From the IMG/VR virus record IMGVR_UViG_3300047320_000099, positions 6,791 through 70,790 of that record: a DNA stretch of 64,000 bases. One strand, written 5' to 3'. A program made the position numbers and the translations under genes. Shown here piece after piece: positions 43,150-52,254 of this stretch. The notes under the pieces are model-generated. The model saw only the letters and a program-made list of their open reading frames with translations, had not been told where the DNA came from and did no database searches. The stretch is from a virus. Numbering within the stretch: position 1 is the stretch's first letter; each line of letters begins with the position of its first letter.

Positions 43150-45156
43150 GTTGCAGGCGAAGGTCGCACCTACCAAGCCGCCGCTGTCACCGCAATCCAA
43201 GCCGGAGGCCGAGATGATGTAGCGCAGGCTCTCAGGATCGGAGCTGATGACCGTCACCGTTACGGGAGAACCGGAACCGTCCACCGTGATAGCGGTCTGA
43301 CCGCCCGTGCAGGCGATGGGCTGATCCACGTAGATCATCACCTGGTTGGTCGGGAGCGGATCGCCGTCCAGAGCCGTGGCCGTGCAGAAGGTGATCGTGG
43401 CCTCGTTCAGTGGAGCCTCCACGCACTGGATGCGGACGATGCACTCGCCCTCGGGAACCTCATTGCCCGAACCGAGGTCCAGGAAGTAGTGGTCGTAGGG
43501 CAGGTAGCTCGTCGCCCAGCGGGTGTTGAGGATCGTCGCGGTATCCACGGTGTTGTCCGAGTAGGTAACCTGTACCTGGCCGGGGCATTCGCAGTTCATC
43601 AAACCGCCGGGTTGGTTAGGCTGGAACTGAACGCGAACATCGACATAGCGGCTTCCACCGCACTCGGTGTGGGTGTAGATCACCTGGTTGCCCGCAAGGG
43701 TCTGGGTGATGCTGGCCGGGAGCGGAGTACGACCGGAGCAGGGTCCGTTCAGAACATCGCAATCTTCCGTGACTGCCTCGGTATTCACGATGGGGTACGG
43801 GGTGCAGTTCGGGGTCTCTGGGATGTTCGGCATCGTGCGGCGATACAGGATCGCGATACCCCGGTACGGCTGGTACGGCATGAAGCCCATGCGGAAGTGG
43901 AACTTCCAGTACGGCTTGAGCTTTTCCGGGTTGCACAGCGGATCGAACTCGTTCCAGGGAATCCAGCCAGTGCGCTGGACATCGGGAATGGTGATACCCT
44001 GGTTGGTCGTGATGCCTGGTTGGGTGAGCAACTTGGCTCCCATCGGGTTCTTGAAGTAGGCCACTCCGAACGGAGCGGTTACCCACGCCTTATTGAGAAT
44101 GGTCTGGGAGTTGACCTCCACCGGCGTGGTGACGAACTTCTGGACCTCCACAATCCCACCTAAGCCATCGGGGGCGTAGCGGGGGAGGGTGGCGTCGATC
44201 ACGAAGCGGAAGTTACCCAGGCCCTCGACATTGCCGGGGTAGAGGCGGGAATCGGGAACCTGACCCTGGAAGAGAATGGCCGGGGCTTCCCAGCGCAGGT
44301 TCTCCGTCCACTGTGGGTTGTTGATGACCTCATTGGCGTACCAGTCGCTATCAACCTCGACCTCCCATACCGGGCCACGGGGGCCTGCCTTCGCCAGGAA
44401 GCGGAAGGTGTAGTCCTGCATGATGTATTGCAGGAGGGTGTTCTGGAGGAAGGCGAAGGAGAGGGGCAGGATCGCGGTCGGGTCGATGACCTGTGGAAAG
44501 AGATCCGTCTCGTAGGTCTCGGGGTAGACATTCTGGATCGCCTGGGGCGAGTTGGTCGCCGTAACGGGGCTATTGGGCTCCAGGACGATCTTGTGACCAG
44601 CCGTATAGAGGCGCACGAAATTCTTGAAGTCCTGCATGGTCCGCTGTTCGGCCATCATGCGGGATTCGATCACCTGACCGGCGTAATCCCAGTAGGCGGC
44701 GGAAGAGGCGATGTCACGGGCGCAGACCTGCGGAGTGCGATAGTCGCGGCGGACAATCATGCCCTGCTGATAGGAGACACCGCCGAAGGGGATGTCGATG
44801 TAGCAGAAGATACAGTTGCTATTGCCTTCGCTCGGGCCGGTCTCGGCGACCTGGTCGGGGCGGGGCAGGTTATCCAGTTGGAAGTTCTGGATGCCCATCG
44901 GGATATAGGGCGGGTGGTAGACCTTGTTCCTCGGGATGTCACCTTGACCGTAGTCAAAGTTCATCGTCGGATACATGTTCACCACGCTCGACTCCAGGAA
45001 GAGCGGGTCTTCGTAAAGTCGCGTGATCGCGATCTTATCGAAGTAAAGAGGAGTGTACTGATTGGTAATCAGTGTAACGACCTCCTGCTCATTGCCGAAA
45101 TTACATTCGGAAACTGCATCTTCGAGATCCCAGCGTTGAGAGACGGACGTTGCCAT
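43141..45156 (-). CDS. Major capsid protein with Cys-rich C-terminal extension
   Basis: Position after scaffold, strongly biased codon usage, own promoter; 671 aa from MATSV. Confidence 0.7.
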   Translation of the reverse strand: MATSVSQRWDLEDAVSECNFGNEQEVVTLITNQYTPLYFDKIAITRLYEDPLFLESSVVNMYPTMNFDYGQGDIPRNKVYHPPYIPMGIQNFQLDNLPRPDQVAETGPSEGNSNCIFCYIDIPFGGVSYQQGMIVRRDYRTPQVCARDIASSAAYWDYAGQVIESRMMAEQRTMQDFKNFVRLYTAGHKIVLEPNSPVTATNSPQAIQNVYPETYETDLFPQVIDPTAILPLSFAFLQNTLLQYIMQDYTFRFLAKAGPRGPVWEVEVDSDWYANEVINNPQWTENLRWEAPAILFQGQVPDSRLYPGNVEGLGNFRFVIDATLPRYAPDGLGGIVEVQKFVTTPVEVNSQTILNKAWVTAPFGVAYFKNPMGAKLLTQPGITTNQGITIPDVQRTGWIPWNEFDPLCNPEKLKPYWKFHFRMGFMPYQPYRGIAILYRRTMPNIPETPNCTPYPIVNTEAVTEDCDVLNGPCSGRTPLPASITQTLAGNQVIYTHTECGGSRYVDVRVQFQPNQPGGLMNCECPGQVQVTYSDNTVDTATILNTRWATSYLPYDHYFLDLGSGNEVPEGECIVRIQCVEAPLNEATITFCTATALDGDPLPTNQVMIYVDQPIACTGGQTAITVDGSGSPVTVTVISSDPESLRYIISASGLDCGDSGGLVGATFACNTP

Positions 45157-45240
45157 ATGCAACCATATGGCTCACGTCATCTATCGCGTGCAATGTGAAA
45201 TGTGCATATGCAACTTATATCTGCATATGCAAGAAAGCAA
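45151..45240 (-). promoter_or_regulatory. Capsid promoter region with four CATATG palindromes
   Basis: TGCATATGCA twice plus CCATATGC and CCATATGG; candidate TTGCTT-17-TAAGTT. Confidence 0.55.
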
Positions 45241-45250
45241 CATTCTTAGA

Positions 45251-46366
45251 CTACCGATCTCCGAATATCTTCTTGGAGACACTCTCGATGTCCTTGGGCA
45301 TTCCGTTGCTGGGAGTCTTGGTCTCACTCTTGGTGGCCTCTCCGGGCTTGCTGCGGGAGGCTGCTTCCAGATCGGCCAGCTTCTTCAGTTTGGCTTGGAT
45401 CTCTGGCAGGTTCTTCAGTAACAAACGACCGAAGAGGTTATTCTTCACTTCCTGCTCCTGATCGTAGCCCGCGCCTGAGAGGGCCTTCTCCAGTCCTAGG
45501 AGATGTTCGTTGCGCACATCCTCTACTCCAACTAGGAAGTCAGCTCCCAGTGTCTTCAGTTCAGCCTCGGCCTTGAAGGCAGCGGTACGGTGGACCTGAC
45601 GGATGTTGTTCTGGTTCTGCTGCGCCTGCATCTCCATGGACTTCACCCGTTCCTGGTCTTTCTGAGAACGGATCTGTTGGTAGTTCTTCTCGTAATCCTG
45701 CGCGGCGTCATACGTGGTCTTGAGGGCGCGAAAGCCCCGGTCCCAGTCGTACTTGGAGATACTGTTCTCGGTGAAGAAGGTGTTCAACTTGGCGGCACGC
45801 TCCTTGGGCTCCAGATTCTTATCCATCTGGAGAGTGAAGGCTTCCTTGTAGAGTTCGGGGTCTTCGAGACAAACCCCCAAGAGAAGCTGCTTGGCCTCCT
45901 CTACGGGGTTGATGACATGGGTACGGTAGTCCGGGTCGTTCTTGGCGTCGTAGGCAATCAGGCGCTCCTGAAGCTCCTTGGCCGCGATCTCCCGCTCCTC
46001 CTTCTGGATACGGAATTCCTCACGCTCACGCTTGAGGGTCTCGTACTCATTCAGAACCTCGGTGGGGAGGCGGTCCTTGAAGGCGACCTTGAGAGGCTCC
46101 CACGGGTCTGCCTCGGGCTCCTTGGTGGGTTCTGGGGTAGTGGGAAGTTCTTGGAGTTGGGCGACTTCCTCCTGCTTGATTTCTGCCACAGGCTCCTGCT
46201 TATTAAGTTCTTCCCTGCGGGCGGCGGCTTCCATCTCGGGAGTTACTCCTTTGACGGTGGTGGCCACGGTTTCGCGCATGGTGCTGGGAGCGCCCTGGCT
46301 TTGCAGGGCGGCGGGAACTTTGAGTTCCTGTTTGGTGGGGGCTGGTAGATCTCTGAGTGCGGCCAT
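45251..46366 (-). CDS. Scaffolding protein
   Basis: Charged coiled-coil protein immediately upstream of capsid. Confidence 0.7.
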   Translation of the reverse strand: MAALRDLPAPTKQELKVPAALQSQGAPSTMRETVATTVKGVTPEMEAAARREELNKQEPVAEIKQEEVAQLQELPTTPEPTKEPEADPWEPLKVAFKDRLPTEVLNEYETLKREREEFRIQKEEREIAAKELQERLIAYDAKNDPDYRTHVINPVEEAKQLLLGVCLEDPELYKEAFTLQMDKNLEPKERAAKLNTFFTENSISKYDWDRGFRALKTTYDAAQDYEKNYQQIRSQKDQERVKSMEMQAQQNQNNIRQVHRTAAFKAEAELKTLGADFLVGVEDVRNEHLLGLEKALSGAGYDQEQEVKNNLFGRLLLKNLPEIQAKLKKLADLEAASRSKPGEATKSETKTPSNGMPKDIESVSKKIFGDR

Positions 46367-46371
46367 GATAT

Positions 46372-48243
46372 TTACTCCTTGGATATGATTCGACGAGCTT
46401 CCTCGACGCTGTTGACTTTAAGGCTTGTAGGATTATAGCCGAAACGAACCAAAATCCGTGAGATGGTCAGGTCACTTGGCTTCTGACCTTCAGATATACA
46501 CTTCAAAAGCCTAGTGGCCTCTCGGTAGTCGAAAAGGTTGCTTTCTCGGGCCTCTTTGATCAACTCCTCCAACCGTGCAACCACCATATAGGTACGCGTC
46601 TCCAGCGCTTCCAGCCGAGCGTTTTCCGCCAGCTTATCCAAACGACGAGCGTTTTGGAATCGGGCCACAATAGCCTGAAGCTTGATAAGCGTGGAGGTCC
46701 GATACCGATGGGAAGAAGACGAAGTCTCCTCCTCGATCAGTGCTTTAATCTCCCGCAGGAGCAGAGATTCTTTCTGCGTTATGGGTAATCCGCCTTTCGG
46801 AGATACCTTCTTTTTGAACCAACCCATATTTCTCCTTGGTGGGTGTTAGTTAGTGGCATTAATTATTGCTGGCGCTCCAACTGGCCTCGGCGGTATTCCC
46901 CGGCCTTGTAGTTGGTGCGCTTCTGTTCTTCGACTTTCTCAGGAAAGGAGGGTCTCCATGATTCCAGAAGTCGGAGTTCCCTGCGGACGGCCTCGTTGGC
47001 TACCAGTCCATGGGCGTTGGTGTAGTCCACGGGCTTCTCGTCGATCTCTCGGAGACGCAGGTGGATGAAGGTGTGGCGATGCTCGGAGTTGAGCCACTCG
47101 TCGAAAGTTTGGTCCATATCAGTTCCGGGTCAGGTCGATCTGGGGTGGCATCTCCATGGGCTGAGGGGGAGAAAAGAGAACTTTGCCCAACACATCGTAG
47201 ATGAGCGGAACAAGCTGTCCTTGGTCTCCGTAGAAGAAGGAGGTGTCGGAGGACTTCCCTTCCTCATCGAAGGCGATGAAGACGACCGGGGTTTTGCCGT
47301 CCAGTTTGGCCTTGTCGATGGCCGAATGCATTTTGGCTTTAGTTGGGTTCTCCATGCTATTTGTAAAGGGTATCGATCATTTCTTGGCCTTCGGTGTCTT
47401 CCGGGCGGATGGCTGCCAGGGACATGCGGTAGAGCATCTCCCCCAGCGGATAGGGATCGGGGCGGTAGAGGGCGATCACCAAGGACTTCCAGAATCCTTC
47501 GATGATGCACGCCTTCGGGAAGCCCTTCTTCTTCTGCGGGGCTATGGCTCTCAGATGTTGGTCCAAGAGGTCGTAGTCCCGTTCCCTTACCCGGATGGTG
47601 ACGGCCCTTTCCATTATCCCAGCAAAGCGTAGGTTTTGTTGATGTTGGCCAAACTCTTGGCGTATTCCACTTCTTTGACTCCAGCGAAGAAAGAGCGGGC
47701 CTGACGGTCGTTGCGCCAGCGGTCTTCCAGCACCCGGAGGATGACCTCGGGGTTGATGAAGGGGACCACGTACTTCTCGGTGCCGTATTCCACGATTCCG
47801 TTGCTCACCCGGACCCGGCGCTTGCGCTGGTTGTTGGCGAACATATTGATCATGGACTGGGGCTGGAAGAAGGCTTCCTTGATGTCCTCTCCCTTCTGTC
47901 CTTCCCCTGCACGGGCAATGAAGGCATGGGCCAACACATCTACCGGAATGTCGTTGCGGAAGTGGATGTTCTGGAAGTCGTAGCCATGCTCGGTTACGTC
48001 GATGGCCTTACCGACCATACTACGCACGGGAATGCGGCGGCTGATGACCTTCGGAACCACGGGCCCCTGGGTAGGAGGAGGGCCTGTTTCCTCGGGGACC
48101 AGCTGGGCCAGTTTGGCTTTGGCTTCTTCCGGTTCTTTGCGAAGCTTCTCCAGTTCTTGGGTATCGGGCTTCGCCTCTGGAGCGTCAGTCTTGGTCTTGG
48201 GGCGACCCGGAGGACGCTTTTCTGGGATTCCTGCTTCTGTCAT
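46372..48243 (-). CDS. Hypothetical genes (46372-46827, 46863-47117, 47119-47355, 47357-47614, 47614-48243)
   Basis: Adjacent ORFs between portal and scaffold, some with AAGGAG. Confidence 0.65.
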
Positions 48244-48267
48244 GTTGTCTCCTTGGGGTTAATTGGA

Positions 48268-48744
48268 TTAATGGCCGCAGGCCGGGATCTCGAAATTCTC
48301 ATGCTTCTCCCCGCCATACTTAAATTCGGTATCGGCAGGCCAGTTTATCGTCTTGAGATATGATCGGGCCTTTTCCTCTCCATCGGCTTGGGAGCGGCAT
48401 GGGAATGCCAGTTCAAAATCCTCGATGTTAAAGAACATAGCCCCTATATCATCAATATAGGTTAGGGTGTAGGTAAGCTTTTCGGCCATCAGTTGGCTCC
48501 TTGGGTTGTTAATTAGTTAATGGCATTCGGTCAGGTCACAAACTGGATGATGGAATATTCCCTCTCCAATGCATTTGAATTCCAAATCCTCCGGCCAATT
48601 TAAGGTCTTTAGGTAATCTCGGATTTTCTGCTGCCCATCGGCCTCAGAGGTACATGGAAAGCATAGCTCTGCTTCTGCACAATTCAGAAGCAAGTCGTCC
48701 TCCGCACCTTCAATCTTAACCAATTTGTAGTGAATCGTTTTCAT
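48268..48744 (-). CDS. Tandem paralogous small proteins (48268-48489, 48517-48744)
   Basis: Shared FPC.S.ADG..K.R.YLKT.NWP.D.EFK. Confidence 0.8.
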
Positions 48745-51185
48745 TAATTGGTGGATGCGTTCTGCTTGGCGATCTCCAGTTGCAGTGCGGCCTGTTGGGC
48801 TTGAGACTTCATAGTCTGGTCATGCTGTTCCTGCTTGAACTGCATCTGCTGCTGGAATTTCTCCTGAGCCTGCTGGGTCTTCTGAGCGTAAACTTGGGAG
48901 GACCGCTGCTTCTTCTCCTCGGTCTGGACTCGCAGAATCTCGATCTTAGCCTGAGTCTCGGGAGGGATTCCCTGGCCCTGCTGCTGTTGGCCTTCCGCCT
49001 GTTGAGCGGCGATCTGCTTGGCCTGTTGCTGGGCAAACTTGCCCACCTCATCCGCGATCTGGATGATCTGTTTGTAGGTGGCCTGCATCTGCTCGAAAAG
49101 AGGTTGGTTGTAGGGATCTTGGCTGAGTTGCTCCAAGTGTTTCCCTGCGTGCGGGATCATATTGGAGAGCCAATTGAAGACCGCCATGGGATCTCTTCCT
49201 TCCTTCAACCCCGCCAGAGCTTGACTGACCTTGGTGAAGTGGATCTCCAGATGGGTTCCGGGGTTCTGCAAAGCGTTGTAGGCCACCTCGTTGGTCTCCC
49301 AGAACATGAAGTTCTCGATCAACGCCAAAGCTGAATCGTTCACGTTCAGGTCCGTGCTATCGGAGTAGGGCCAGAAGCGCTCTATTTCGCTGTAGGAGGC
49401 TCCCTGCGCCATCGCCAGCTTGCGGATGAAGTGGAGTTTACCTTCGGGGGTTTGGGCTAACTGGATGAGCTGCTGGAGGGTTGTGATGTCGTTGGTGGTA
49501 TAGTCCAAGCCGACATAGTCCACCGCTTCGATCAGGGCATTGAAGAACTGCTTAAAGGTGAATTGGCGATCCTTCTCCTCTAACTGTTCCTGTCCGGTGT
49601 GGGGCCAGAGGTCGTTCTTAATCCGGTCCTCGAAGTAGGTTTGCGGGTCGAATCCTGCATCGTCCTCTTTGTACTGTTTCTTGAGGCGGTGGAGGATGGC
49701 GAGCAGTTCCCCCCGGAGAGAGTCGAGGGGCACGGAGGCGAAGTCGGATCTTTGTCGCTGTACTTCGCCTGAAATGGCCTGTACCTGATCGCTGGTGGCA
49801 CGGTCGGTGAGTTTTCCTGCTACTTTAGGGTCGTACTGGCTCGTGTCCCGGCTGTACTCCATCTGGTCGAACTGCTGGCTCTCGATGGCGGCGCGGATGA
49901 TTCCATCGCTTCCGATGTCCCGCTGGGGGGCGAAGCCGGGAGGGGTTAAGGCTAACCCCGCGATGATGTTGAACTGGTTGAACTGGTCCGTCTGCTGGCC
50001 GAATTGGGCTTGGAACCAGATCGGGAGGCGGGTCACCATCGCGTCGTTGATGGCGTTGCGCTTGATGTTGTTGGAGATGTCCAATTCGTAGGCGAAGCCC
50101 GCCAGTCCCCGCAGGTCTTGGGCGACGTTGGTATTGGTCATCCCGGTGTTGGGGTAGATTCTCCAAACATCTTCCAACTTCAGGTTCTTATCGTGGAACT
50201 GGTAACTCAGGTATTGGCCATTGGGCATGACGGAGTCGCCCCAGATGTTCCTTACCCGGTCCAGCCCATCGATCTCGGCGGTATTGGTCATTCCCCTATT
50301 CCAGCGGAAGAGGGTTTTAGTTACCCCTCCTTTGATCTCCTCGTTCCAGATCCAGGCCCAGGTGACCTGATCCTGGCATTGGCCGTAGTACTGGCTGAGT
50401 TGCTGGACGTCGTAGGTTCGGACGATGAACTCCCAAGATTGGTAGGTTTGGCTGGTAACGCGCCAGAGGGCCCATTGGAGGGCTTCCTCCAGTCCTTCCT
50501 TGATGTAGTAGCTATTCTCCCAGCCTCGGGCTTCCTCGCGGCGGTAGAGTTCGTACAGGTCGTCGGCCCGCTGCCAGAAGACCCGGATGTAGAACTTGAT
50601 GTTCTCCTTCTTGTTGGCTCGCTCGAAGTAGACGTTGAGCATCTCCGGGACTCCGGGGAATACCGAGTAGTCGTCCACTTCGGAAACTCCCAGTCCCCAT
50701 GCCACCTGATTGTAGCTGATCTTCAGCAGGAAGTCCGCGAAGAAACAGGGATCGCGGTCCAGCATGTCGATGAAGATTTTCGTTAGTCTCGACTCGAAGT
50801 TCTGCCGGATGACGGGATTGGCCAGAAAGAAGTATTCGGGCTTGTCCTCGTCTCCCTTGCGGAAGGGGCGGAAGCAGAGTTGGGCAAAATAAATCGCCGC
50901 CTTCAGCATGTTGAGTCTGCTAGTGCTGGCGGTTTCGATCTGGGACCAGCCCTTGCGGTAGGGGACGTTACTGATCCAGGAGAGGCCGGATTCTTCCAGA
51001 TAGGCCGGGTCATGAGGGAGCAGGCCGTCGAACTGCTCCATCATGTTGAAGATGGAATAGTGGTGTTTGGCGTAGGCGATGTAGGCAGAGGCGCACACCA
51101 TCAAGGCCCGTGGAGCATCGGAGATGCGTCTATCGGGTACCTCGATTTCTACGATGTCAGTCGTTTTGTAGTCTGGCTGTGCCAT
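48744..51185 (-). CDS. Portal protein
   Basis: 813 aa, downstream of TerL, Gln-rich C-terminal barrel-like helix as in P22-like portals. Confidence 0.75.
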   Translation of the reverse strand: MAQPDYKTTDIVEIEVPDRRISDAPRALMVCASAYIAYAKHHYSIFNMMEQFDGLLPHDPAYLEESGLSWISNVPYRKGWSQIETASTSRLNMLKAAIYFAQLCFRPFRKGDEDKPEYFFLANPVIRQNFESRLTKIFIDMLDRDPCFFADFLLKISYNQVAWGLGVSEVDDYSVFPGVPEMLNVYFERANKKENIKFYIRVFWQRADDLYELYRREEARGWENSYYIKEGLEEALQWALWRVTSQTYQSWEFIVRTYDVQQLSQYYGQCQDQVTWAWIWNEEIKGGVTKTLFRWNRGMTNTAEIDGLDRVRNIWGDSVMPNGQYLSYQFHDKNLKLEDVWRIYPNTGMTNTNVAQDLRGLAGFAYELDISNNIKRNAINDAMVTRLPIWFQAQFGQQTDQFNQFNIIAGLALTPPGFAPQRDIGSDGIIRAAIESQQFDQMEYSRDTSQYDPKVAGKLTDRATSDQVQAISGEVQRQRSDFASVPLDSLRGELLAILHRLKKQYKEDDAGFDPQTYFEDRIKNDLWPHTGQEQLEEKDRQFTFKQFFNALIEAVDYVGLDYTTNDITTLQQLIQLAQTPEGKLHFIRKLAMAQGASYSEIERFWPYSDSTDLNVNDSALALIENFMFWETNEVAYNALQNPGTHLEIHFTKVSQALAGLKEGRDPMAVFNWLSNMIPHAGKHLEQLSQDPYNQPLFEQMQATYKQIIQIADEVGKFAQQQAKQIAAQQAEGQQQQGQGIPPETQAKIEILRVQTEEKKQRSSQVYAQKTQQAQEKFQQQMQFKQEQHDQTMKSQAQQAALQLEIAKQNASTN

Positions 51186-51396
51186 TATTTGAATTAATCG
51201 TCTTGGTATTGATCAATAAACTCTCCAAGCGCGTCCCTAATCAGAATGCAGTGCTCCATGTCGGGTCTAGGATTTTCAAAATCAATAGATATCTCGGTAT
51301 TCCCATCCTCTCGCACCTTCGTCTTGAGAGGAAAAATTACTTTAGTGAGAGCCCCGTGGGCCAAGAACACAAGTTGGGTAGCTTTATCCATAAGAA

Positions 51397-52011
51397 TTAG
51401 GTGCGGTTTTTGATCCAACAGGCGTTGGGGCAGGCTTCGGATTGGTGGGGGCCGTTCTCCTTAAAGGTCTCCAGGCGGGCGGGGAGCATGTTGGAGAGGT
51501 AGCACTTGCAAACCCCGCAGTTGGCTTTCTTGAGGGCTACGGGAATCTCGTAACGCTGGCCTTTGAAGAAGGCCCTGGAGCGCTCGTAGAGGGCCGCTAC
51601 AACCTTTCCGGCTCCACAGGTCATACATCCCTTCATGTTTTCCAGCTTCGGGCATGGGGAGGAAACCTGCTTCCCGGTTGCATCGAGTCCGCTGCAAATC
51701 TGGGAGCGGCGCAAGATTTCCTCTTGGGATACAATTTCTCCCAGGACCGTGGTTTTGAAGATGGCCTTAATTCCGTTGGCGATGTCTTCAGGACGCATCT
51801 CGTGGACGCTCTTGCCGGTTCCTTGAGGGGCTCCCATCTTCCGAACTGGCTTGGGGTCTTTCAGTTTCTTCAACTCGTTGTAGACCCGATTGTAGTTCGT
51901 GGGCTTGCCGAGTTTCCGGCGTCCATCGACCACGGCTTTCACCAAGGCATCGTAGGTAGGTGCCTGGTAAACCTGGATTGCTCCCTTGATGGTTTCCTTG
52001 TGTTCAGGCAT
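51397..52011 (-). CDS. Cys-cluster (metal-binding) protein
   Basis: RRSQIC..CP..CMTCG..CGVCKC..CPNACW. Confidence 0.65.
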   Translation of the reverse strand: MPEHKETIKGAIQVYQAPTYDALVKAVVDGRRKLGKPTNYNRVYNELKKLKDPKPVRKMGAPQGTGKSVHEMRPEDIANGIKAIFKTTVLGEIVSQEEILRRSQICSGLDATGKQVSSPCPKLENMKGCMTCGAGKVVAALYERSRAFFKGQRYEIPVALKKANCGVCKCYLSNMLPARLETFKENGPHQSEACPNACWIKNRT

Positions 52012-52254
52012 AAGGAATCATCGTCTCCAGTTGGCCGTTAAGCTCGTACAGTTTCTTCAAGATTTGCCCCAATGCCCAACTAGGCAATCCATATTCGCCA
52101 TCTTCCTCATCGGCTGGTTCCGGCACAAAAACGTATTCCCCGTCACACTCTTCTCCTTCAAACTGCCGAAGGGAGCCGATTAGCTGCCCGTGTCCTGATA
52201 GGATTTCATAAACTCCATTCGAAGCTTCCTTAAACTGTAGATTGTAGTCTTCCA

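Noticed and set aside
43000-43200. Full CRISPR array or cas locus
   Set aside because: Only one repeat is visible and there are no cas genes; treated as a solitary repeat unit
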